Shown here one piece after another: positions 56,676-64,000 of a stretch of DNA of 64,000 bases. The notes below the pieces were generated by a model that was given only the letters and a program-made list of their open reading frames with translations, did not search any database and was not told the origin of the DNA. The translations under genes and the position numbers were made by a program. The DNA is from Alphaproteobacteria bacterium (GTDB lineage Bacteria > Pseudomonadota > Alphaproteobacteria > MPNO01). Positions within the stretch are counted from its first letter, which is position 1. Every line of letters begins with the position of its first letter. The stretch lies in the NCBI GenBank assembly GCA_964291675.2, contig OZ219866.1:192001-256000 (forward strand). The letters run 5' to 3'.

Positions 56676-58382
56676 ATGGCGAAGGCAAACCTCATGAATA
56701 CGCGTACGATCAACTATCTAGAACTGATCGGAAACGGTAAGTCATACCAAGTACCACCGTATCAGCGGGATTATTCGTGGACAGAGGAACAGTGGGAAGA
56801 CTTGTGGAATGATCTCCTCGAACTAATGTCCGACCGCGAGAACAGGCACTACCTGGGAGCACTTGTTGTTGAAGGCAAGAGTGACCGCGAGTTTCTAATC
56901 ATCGACGGCCAACAACGTCTGGCGACGCTGAGCCTATTCTCCCTCGCGGTAATTGGCAGACTCCATTCGATGGCCGACAGCGGGAAGGAAGCCGATGACA
57001 ATAGGGAACGCGGTCGCGAGCTGCGCAATCGCTTTGTTGGAGAACGGGATCCGGCTTCATTGATTGAGAGCAGCCGTCTACAGCTTAACGAAACAGACGA
57101 TGTATTCTATCAGGACTACCTGATTCAACTCAAGGACCCGCTTAACCCTCGCGGGCTTCCGAAATCCAATCGTCTCCTTCTAGATTGCTATCGTTATTTT
57201 GTGAGACGGCTAGAAGAACTCGAAACGCCGAAACATGACGGCGCGAAGATCGCTAGCCTCCTATCGGAAACAGTTGCGCGCCAATTGTTGTTCATTCTGA
57301 TTACGGTGGATGATGAAGTAAATGCTTATACGGTCTTCGAGACCCTAAATGCCCGTGGATTGGAATTGACCACTACCGATTTGCTCAAGAACTACCTGTT
57401 TTCGCGCATCAAGGTGGGCGCCGACCTCGCGGCGCTCCAACGACGCTGGCGCGCCTTGGTAGGGACCGTGGGTCAATCTCGCTTTCCCGAGTTTCTGCGC
57501 TACCATCTGCTTTGCCGGCTTCCCAAGATCCGGCGGCAACGGCTCTTCAAACTGGTGCGGGACGATACACGGTCAGCTCAGGATGTGTTCGATTTGTTAG
57601 ATGCATTGGAGGCACGGGGAGAGTTGTTTGCTGCCATCTTGGATCAGAATCATGGTTACTGGATTGAAATACCGCCAGCAAAACAATATATATCGGAGCT
57701 CAATCTGTTTGGCGTTCGGCAACCCATGCCTCTGTTGTTCGCTGCGTGGGAGACCTTCAACACCGACGACTTCGTTAAGGTCCTGAAACTGGTCAGTGTC
57801 GTATCTTTCCGATATAACGTCGTGAGCGGGTTAAACCCCAATCTTCTGGAGTCGGTGTATCACGGTGCCGCCAAGGCGGTGCTTGACAGCGATGCGGAGA
57901 CACCCGAGGCAGTATATCGAAAGCTCAAGCCGATATATGTGGACGACGAGAAAACGCGTCAGGACTTTGCAAGTCTCGAGTTGGATACTCGCAGAAGAAA
58001 AAGACTGGTCAAGTATATTCTTGCGCGAATTGAAGAATATGCGAGCGGTCGCTCATGCGACCCGGATACCGATCCCGCCACGATCGAGCACGTACTTCCG
58101 GAAAATCCGTCCGACGCCTGGAGGGAGTCCTTTGTGCAGGACCAATGGGACAACTTCGTTTATCGTCTGGGAAACCTCACGCTCTTGGAAGCTTCGCTCA
58201 ATCGAGACATATCAAATGAAGCATTCGCGCTTAAGGGGCCAGCTTACCTCGGTAGTAGCTACAGCGTCACACAGGAGATCTGTAGCCTGGCACCGGAGAA
58301 CTGGACGCCAGAATTGGTTCAAGCGCGTCAGGATAAATTGGCACAAAGGGCGGCTCATATCTGGCGAGCGGACTTTGCGTGA
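56676..58382 (+). CDS. GmrSD-type modification-dependent restriction endonuclease (DUF262 plus HNH-type C-terminal domain)
   Basis: VPPYQRDYSW, IIDGQQRLAT, VFETLNARG, TIEHVLP and LGNLTLL...N; markedly lower GC. Confidence 0.9.
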   Translation: MAKANLMNTRTINYLELIGNGKSYQVPPYQRDYSWTEEQWEDLWNDLLELMSDRENRHYLGALVVEGKSDREFLIIDGQQRLATLSLFSLAVIGRLHSMADSGKEADDNRERGRELRNRFVGERDPASLIESSRLQLNETDDVFYQDYLIQLKDPLNPRGLPKSNRLLLDCYRYFVRRLEELETPKHDGAKIASLLSETVARQLLFILITVDDEVNAYTVFETLNARGLELTTTDLLKNYLFSRIKVGADLAALQRRWRALVGTVGQSRFPEFLRYHLLCRLPKIRRQRLFKLVRDDTRSAQDVFDLLDALEARGELFAAILDQNHGYWIEIPPAKQYISELNLFGVRQPMPLLFAAWETFNTDDFVKVLKLVSVVSFRYNVVSGLNPNLLESVYHGAAKAVLDSDAETPEAVYRKLKPIYVDDEKTRQDFASLELDTRRRKRLVKYILARIEEYASGRSCDPDTDPATIEHVLPENPSDAWRESFVQDQWDNFVYRLGNLTLLEASLNRDISNEAFALKGPAYLGSSYSVTQEICSLAPENWTPELVQARQDKLAQRAAHIWRADFA

Positions 58383-58539
58383 GCCGATCCGGCGAATGTG
58401 AAATCCCGAGGTTGCTGCGGGCTTCCGTCCTGTCATGCTTTTTTGTTCTGTGAGTTAGCGTCATATCTTCCTTTTCCGTTAACGGCTCCCACGCTAGGTT
58501 TGGCCGGCGGCTAGCTTCGGAGGCACGGGAGGAGCGACC

Positions 58540-59664
58540 ATGGCGCTGTACCGGAACGAGAAGGACATCACGGGCGAGGGGTTCCTGGAGGACACCTACC
58601 TCCTGTGGTGCGAGCGCGAGGGGCCGCCGATCGCCGAGGAGTTCTGCATCGACCTGTTCGACGTGGCGACGGCGCCGTGGCCGCGCATGGGCTGCAACGC
58701 CGCCTTCGTCCATCTCAAGGGGCGGGGCGATTTCATGTCGGTGTTCCTGCTGGAGCTCCTGCCGGGCCAGGCGACCGAGCCGCAGCAGCATCTGTTCGAG
58801 GAGGTGATCTACGTCCTGTCCGGGCGCGGCTCGACCACCATCGAGACCGCCGACGGGCGCACCCACAGCTTCGAATGGGGGCCCAAGAGCGTCTTTGCGC
58901 TGCCGCTCAACTCGAAATACCGGCATTTCAACGGCTCGGGCACGGAATCGGCCAAGCTCGCGTCCTCGACCTCGGCGCCGCTGATGATGAACTGCTTCCA
59001 CAACGAGGCGTTCATCTTCGACAACGACTTCCGCTTCCCCGAGCGCGAGGGCAAGGAGGGGCATTTCTCGGGCGAGGGCGATTTCGTGCCCAAGCGCCCC
59101 GGCAAGCACATGTGGGAGACCAACTTCGTCCCCGACGTGAGCAAGTTCGAGCTCCGCGAATGGCCCGAGCGCGGCGAGGGCTCGTCCAACATCATGTTCA
59201 TCCTGGCCGAGGGCACGATGCACGCGCATTGCTCGGAGATGCCGGTCGGCACCTACAAGAAGGCGCACCGCCACGGCCCCGACTTCCACGTCTACTGGGT
59301 GACCGGCGAGGGCTATTCGCTGTGCTGGTTCGAGGGCGACGAGGAGATGATGCACTACCCGTGGAAGCACGGCGTGGTGTTCGCGCCCGCCGACATGATG
59401 TTCCACCAGCATTTCAATGCCTCCGCCGGGCCGGCGCGCTACTTCCCCGTCGCCTACGGCTCGCTGCGCTACCCGCTGACCGAGTCCAAGCGCCGGCTGT
59501 TCGCCGGCGGCGACGTCGACGTGAAGCGGGGCGGCGACCAGATCGAGTGGGCCGACCAGGACCCCAGGGTGCACCGGATGTTCCTCGAGGCGCTGGCGCG
59601 CAACGGCGTCGAGTCGCGGATGGGCAATCTGATCGACGAGACCCGCTATCTCGCCGCCGAGTAG
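58540..59664 (+). CDS. Bicupin protein of unknown substrate
   Basis: HLFEEVIYVLSGRGST and KAHRHGP...W..GVVFAP..MFHQHFN cupin motifs; GGAGG RBS. Confidence 0.8.
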   Translation: MALYRNEKDITGEGFLEDTYLLWCEREGPPIAEEFCIDLFDVATAPWPRMGCNAAFVHLKGRGDFMSVFLLELLPGQATEPQQHLFEEVIYVLSGRGSTTIETADGRTHSFEWGPKSVFALPLNSKYRHFNGSGTESAKLASSTSAPLMMNCFHNEAFIFDNDFRFPEREGKEGHFSGEGDFVPKRPGKHMWETNFVPDVSKFELREWPERGEGSSNIMFILAEGTMHAHCSEMPVGTYKKAHRHGPDFHVYWVTGEGYSLCWFEGDEEMMHYPWKHGVVFAPADMMFHQHFNASAGPARYFPVAYGSLRYPLTESKRRLFAGGDVDVKRGGDQIEWADQDPRVHRMFLEALARNGVESRMGNLIDETRYLAAE

Positions 59665-59667
59665 ACG

Positions 59668-61224
59668 ATGCACGAGCTCGACTACGCCCATTTCCACCCG
59701 GCCTCGGAGCGCGAGGCCCAGTTCATCCGCGACACCATCTGGAAGGCCGACAATGTCGAGCTGACCACGGTCGGCGTGGACGTGGGGTCGTCCACCTCGC
59801 ATCTGATGTTCGCCCGGGTGCATTTGCAGCGCCTGTCGGAGGCGCTGTCGAGCCGCTTCGTCGTCGTCGCGCGCGACGTACTGTGGCGCTCGCCGATCCT
59901 GCTCACCCCCTACCGGTCGGACTACACGATCGACGCGGACGCGCTGAAGACGTTCTTCGAGGGCGCGTTCGACGCCGCCGAGCTCAGCCCCGACGACATC
60001 GACTCCGGCGCGGTGATCCTCACCGGCGAGGCGCTCAAGCGGGTCAACGCACGCGCCATCGCCGATCTGTTCGCCGAGGAGAGCGGCAAGTTCGTCTGCG
60101 CGTCGGCCGGCCACAACCTCGAATCGGTGATGGCGGCGCACGGCTCCGGCGCGGTCCGGCTGTCCAAGACCGAGGACAAGGCGTTCCTCAACGTCGATAT
60201 CGGCGGCGGCACCACCAAGTTCGCGCTGTGCCGGGGGGGCGAGATCGTCTCGACCGCGGCGGTCGCGGTGGGCGGGCGGCTGCTCGCGCATGACGCGGAC
60301 GGCGCGCTGGTCCGAATCGAGGGCCCGGCGCTCGAGATCGCCCGCGACATCGGTATCTCGCTCGTCCCGGGCGCCGTGCTCGAGGCCGGCGACCGGCGGG
60401 CGCTGGTGCGCCGCATGGTCGACGTGCTGGTGGGCGTCATCCGCCAGGAGCAGCCGGATCCGCTCGCCCGCGGCCTCATGGTGACGGCGCCGCTCGCGGC
60501 CGCGCCCCGTCCCGAGGTGATCGCGTTCTCCGGCGGGGTCTCGGAATACGTCTACGAGCGCGAGGACGCGGCGCATGGCGATCTCGGCAAGTCGCTCGCC
60601 CACCACCTCCACCACGCGCTCACCGCGGAGCGCATCCCCTACCCGGTCTACGACCCGGGCCAGGGGATCCGCGCCACCGTGGTCGGCGCCTCGCAGTTCT
60701 CGGTCCAGGTCTCGGGCAACACCATCATGGTGTCGGACGAGGCGGCGCTGCCGCTGCGCAACGTGCCGGTGGTTCGCATCCGCGCCGACCTTTCGGGCGA
60801 CATCGACCCGGCCGTCGTCGCGGCCGAGATCGGCGCCGCGCTGATGCGCAACGACATCGACCCGAAGGAGACCAATGTCGCGCTCGCCTTCCGCTGGCAG
60901 GGGCTGCCGCTGCACGGCCGGCTGCACGACCTTGCCAGCGGGCTGTGCGCCGGGCTCGCCGGCGGGCTCGCCGAGAAGCGGCCCATCGTGCTGATGATGG
61001 AGGGCGATACCGGGCGCACGATCGGCCACATCCTCAAGGACGAGTTCGACGTCGGCGTCGACATCGTCTCGGTGGACGGGGTCGAGCTGAAGGATCTCGA
61101 CTATGTCGATATCGGCGCGATGATCCACCCGACCGAGGTGGTGCCGCTGATCATCAAGTCGCTGCTGTTCTCCACCCCCGATGCCAGCGCCGCCGCCTCC
61201 GCCGCCTCGCATGTCGCGGCGTGA
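59668..61224 (+). CDS. EutA-like (ASKHA/actin-fold) protein
   Basis: VGVDVGSSTSHLMF, SPILLTP, GAVILTGEA, FVCASAGHNLES, NVDIGGGTTK, FSGGVSE, GIRATVVGASQ and VPLIIKSLLF. Confidence 0.85.
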   Translation: MHELDYAHFHPASEREAQFIRDTIWKADNVELTTVGVDVGSSTSHLMFARVHLQRLSEALSSRFVVVARDVLWRSPILLTPYRSDYTIDADALKTFFEGAFDAAELSPDDIDSGAVILTGEALKRVNARAIADLFAEESGKFVCASAGHNLESVMAAHGSGAVRLSKTEDKAFLNVDIGGGTTKFALCRGGEIVSTAAVAVGGRLLAHDADGALVRIEGPALEIARDIGISLVPGAVLEAGDRRALVRRMVDVLVGVIRQEQPDPLARGLMVTAPLAAAPRPEVIAFSGGVSEYVYEREDAAHGDLGKSLAHHLHHALTAERIPYPVYDPGQGIRATVVGASQFSVQVSGNTIMVSDEAALPLRNVPVVRIRADLSGDIDPAVVAAEIGAALMRNDIDPKETNVALAFRWQGLPLHGRLHDLASGLCAGLAGGLAEKRPIVLMMEGDTGRTIGHILKDEFDVGVDIVSVDGVELKDLDYVDIGAMIHPTEVVPLIIKSLLFSTPDASAAASAASHVAA

Positions 61225-61266
61225 CCGGGCGAATTGGCCGTTCCAGCAGTCGGAGAGAGGCCGATA

Positions 61267-61491
61267 ATGAGCAAATGGATCGCCCGCACGCTTGCGCTCG
61301 CCGCCATGGCCGCGCCCGGAACCGCGCTCGCCCATCACGGCGGCCCGGCCGATATCGCGGTCGGCATCGGTGCCGGTGCGGTGGCCATCGCCATCGTGGC
61401 CGGCCTTCTCGGAGTCCGGCTCCGGCGCGGGCGCGGGCGCGTCCAGGCGCATCTAACCCGACCGGCAGCGCGTCCCTCGATACGGCGCTGA
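61267..61491 (+). CDS. Small membrane protein (signal peptide, HHG, one TM helix, basic tail)
   Basis: GAGAGG RBS; MSKWIARTLALAAMAAPGTALA-HHGG...VAIAIVAGLLGVRLRR; stop lies in repeat A. Confidence 0.6.
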   Translation: MSKWIARTLALAAMAAPGTALAHHGGPADIAVGIGAGAVAIAIVAGLLGVRLRRGRGRVQAHLTRPAARPSIRR

Positions 61492-61605
61492 CGCGCCTAC
61501 TCGGGATGAGGGGAAGGTCTTGGGCCACCCACCACCCACCCCTCATCCTGAGTAGCGGCGAAGCCGCGTATCGAAGGGCCGGCGCACCGGCAGCCTGACC
61601 GCCCG

Positions 61606-62796
61606 ATGACGGCGACCGCCACGGCGCTCCGCCGCGAGGTCCGCGCCGTCGGGCTGATCTCGGCGGCGCATTTTCTCAGCCACTTCTACCAGCTCGCTTT
61701 GCCGCCGCTGTTTCTCGCCATCCACGGCGATCTCGGCATCAGCTTCATCGCGCTGGGCTCGACGGTGGCGGCCTACAACATCGCCACCGCGGTGTTGCAG
61801 ACGCCGATCGGCTTCCTGGTCGACCGGATCGGCGCGCGCGGCGTGCTGATCGCCGGGCTCGCGGTCAATGCGGCGGCGATCGCGGCCGTCGGCTTCGCCG
61901 GGTCGTTCTGGGCGATCATGGCGGCGATGATCGTCGCCGGGGCCGGCAACGCGGTGTTCCACCCGGCCGATTTCGCGCTGTTGTCGTCCTCGGTCGACGA
62001 CCGCAGGCTGGGGCGCGCGTTCAGCGTCCATTCGCTCGCGGGCTCGCTCGGCTTCGCGGCGGCGCCGGTCTTCGTGCTGTTCCTCGCGAGCCTGTGGGAC
62101 TGGCGCACCGCGCTGGTCGCCGCGGGCGTGGCCGGGCTCGCGCTCGCCGCCGTCATGCCTGCGTTCTCGGCCGCGGTGCGCGACGACCGGCCGCGCGAGA
62201 GAAAGCGCGGCGGCGCCGACTGGACCCTGCTGCTCGACCGGACGATCCTCTCCTTCTTCGGCTTCTACGTGCTGTCGGCGGCGGCGGGCGCCGGGATCAG
62301 CGGCTTCTCGGTCGTCGCCTTCATCGCCATCTACGGCGTCACCCCGGAGCTCGCGGGCGGGCTGCTGACCGCGTTCTACCTGCTGACCGGTCTCGGCGTC
62401 GCCGCCGGCGGCATCGTCGCCGACCGGTCGCTGCGCCCCGACGCGGTGCTCGGAATCTGCTACGCCGCGGCGGCCGCGGCGCTGATCGCCGTCGCCACCG
62501 GGGCGCTCGCTTTCTGGCTGGTCGCCGCCGCGTTCGGCCTCGCCGGCGTGTTCCGCGGCATCGTCAACCCGAGCCGCGACGTGCTGTTGAAGCGGCTGAC
62601 CCCGGCGGGCGCCATCGGCGCCGTGTTCGGCTTCGTGACCACCGGCTTCAGCGTCGGGCTGGGGACGGCGCCGGTGCTCTATGGCTGGATGATGGATCTC
62701 GGGCGGCCGGACGCGGTGTTCTGGATCGCCGCCGGCTTCACCGTGCTCACCATCGGCATCGTCTTCGTCGCGCGCCGGCCGGTCCCGGCCGGTTGA
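61606..62796 (+). CDS. MFS transporter
   Basis: AHFLSHFYQL, GFLVDRIGAR, GNAVFHPAD and LGRAFSVH; about 12 TM segments. Confidence 0.9.
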   Translation: MTATATALRREVRAVGLISAAHFLSHFYQLALPPLFLAIHGDLGISFIALGSTVAAYNIATAVLQTPIGFLVDRIGARGVLIAGLAVNAAAIAAVGFAGSFWAIMAAMIVAGAGNAVFHPADFALLSSSVDDRRLGRAFSVHSLAGSLGFAAAPVFVLFLASLWDWRTALVAAGVAGLALAAVMPAFSAAVRDDRPRERKRGGADWTLLLDRTILSFFGFYVLSAAAGAGISGFSVVAFIAIYGVTPELAGGLLTAFYLLTGLGVAAGGIVADRSLRPDAVLGICYAAAAAALIAVATGALAFWLVAAAFGLAGVFRGIVNPSRDVLLKRLTPAGAIGAVFGFVTTGFSVGLGTAPVLYGWMMDLGRPDAVFWIAAGFTVLTIGIVFVARRPVPAG

Positions 62797-62846
62797 CAGC
62801 CGCGCGCCCCGGCCCGCCATAATCGTCCGATACGGGGAGACGCGGC

Positions 62847-63827
62847 ATGGCCGAGCTCGAACTCACGATCGCGCTGGAGCGCTACGACCGGCACGTCCCC
62901 TTCTTCATGGGGCTGGTCGAGCCGCCCGAGGGGGTGCGGCTCAAGCCGCTCGAGGTCGGCATGGCGCCGCCCCGGCGCGACGGGGTGGACCGCCACCGCC
63001 GCTTCCTCGAACACGGCGAGTTCGACATCGCCGAGACCTCGCTGTCCTCGCACGTGATCGCCACCGCCCGCGGCGCGCCCTTCGTCGGCATCCCGGTGTT
63101 CCCGCGCCGGCTGTTCTCGCAGAACCACATCTTCGTCAACGCGGATTCGGGAATCGAAGAACCGCGTGACCTGATCGGCCGGCGGGTGATCCTGCGCACC
63201 TTCCAGACGACGATGTCGGTGCTGGCGCTGGGCGACCTCAAATTCGAGTACGGCGTGCCGTGGGACGCGGTGCGCTGGGTCGTCGCCGACGACGAGGTGC
63301 TGCCGCTCGGCGACGAGAAGGGGATCGAAATCGAGCGCATCTCCCTCGACGAGGATGTCGGGCGCATGCTGGTCGAGGGCGAGGCGGATGCGATGATCCA
63401 CCCGCACCCGCCGCCCGCCGTGCTGGAAGCCGGCGACAGGGTGCGCACGCTGTTCCCCGACCGGCGGGCCGAATCGATGGCCTATTTCGCCAGGCACGGC
63501 TACTACCCGATCATGCACCTGATGGCGGTGCGCAAGCCGCTGATCGACGAGCATCCCTGGCTCGCGCGCTGCGTGATGTCGCTGTGGGAGGACGCCAAGG
63601 CGCAGACCCGCGCGTTCTACGAGGACCCGGGCTGGTCCACGCTGGCGTTCGCGCGCAACGAGTTCGAGGACCAGCTCGCCGCGCTCGGCGCCGATCCCTG
63701 GCCGTCCGGCATCGCCGCCAACCGCAGCAACCTCGAACGCTTCATCGCCTACTCCCACGACCAGCGGCTGATCGACGCGCCGATCCCGGTCGACAGCCTG
63801 TTCCACGACTCGACCCGGGACAGCTAG
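62847..63827 (+). CDS. Substrate-binding-fold protein, 4,5-dihydroxyphthalate decarboxylase-like
   Basis: YDRH, EFDIAETSLSS, IPVFPRRLF, YYPIMHL, DPWPSGIAANR and DQRLI. Confidence 0.78.
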   Translation: MAELELTIALERYDRHVPFFMGLVEPPEGVRLKPLEVGMAPPRRDGVDRHRRFLEHGEFDIAETSLSSHVIATARGAPFVGIPVFPRRLFSQNHIFVNADSGIEEPRDLIGRRVILRTFQTTMSVLALGDLKFEYGVPWDAVRWVVADDEVLPLGDEKGIEIERISLDEDVGRMLVEGEADAMIHPHPPPAVLEAGDRVRTLFPDRRAESMAYFARHGYYPIMHLMAVRKPLIDEHPWLARCVMSLWEDAKAQTRAFYEDPGWSTLAFARNEFEDQLAALGADPWPSGIAANRSNLERFIAYSHDQRLIDAPIPVDSLFHDSTRDS

Positions 63828-64000
63828 TGTCCCGTCTCCGAAGTCCGTGTGCTCTCACGCGCTCACCCCGCCCCGTCATGGCCGGACTCGATCCGGTCAT
63901 CCATGCGGCCTCGCCGCACGCAGGGAGACGCGCCCGGAGGGATGGCGTTGGGGGCAGGCCCGACCCGGCGTTCGATGCACCGCCCATGGATGCCCGGATC

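Noticed and set aside
59668-61224. Ethanolamine utilisation operon
   Set aside because: No eutB, eutC or microcompartment genes; only the EutA-like fold is present.
63824-63846. Possible IS/MITE terminal inverted repeat beginning at CTAG over the stop codon
   Set aside because: The partner end would lie beyond the window, so it cannot be supported here.

Overview
This is very GC-rich DNA (roughly 70% or more, judged by eye), most consistent with an alphaproteobacterial chromosome. A host-associated or sponge-symbiont-like lifestyle is an inference from the surface-protein content. Three perfect parS 16-mers and one near-perfect copy at 26.2-30.6 kb suggest the window lies near the replication origin. 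The backbone holds metabolic genes: a CoxMSL-like molybdoenzyme, an omega-aminotransferase, a TauD-family dioxygenase, a 3-oxoacid CoA-transferase, dinB, otsA/otsB/GH15, a sugar-acid dehydratase with SDRs, apt, UbiD with an FAA hydrolase, and a cupin plus EutA-like pair. Accessory elements are interleaved with these. They comprise six type II toxin-antitoxin loci (four with visibly broken toxins), an irregular tRNA-Sec-like cloverleaf RNA beside a HEPN/TA islet, and a Calx-beta autotransporter-like adhesin. They also include an array of secreted Ala-rich TPR-like paralogues with relic fragments, two TbpB-like surface lipoproteins and a low-GC GmrSD nuclease. A lower-GC island encodes four small secreted peptides facing a PepSY-response regulator-histidine kinase operon. 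Two families of dispersed palindromic repeats occur throughout. The strongest candidates for undescribed biology are the secreted-peptide island (30.9-35.2 kb), the allo-tRNA-like RNA (1115-1213), the repeat-protein array (17.1-26.2 kb) and the cupin/EutA-like module (58.5-63.8 kb). All family calls are from motif recognition by eye; no database searches were run.
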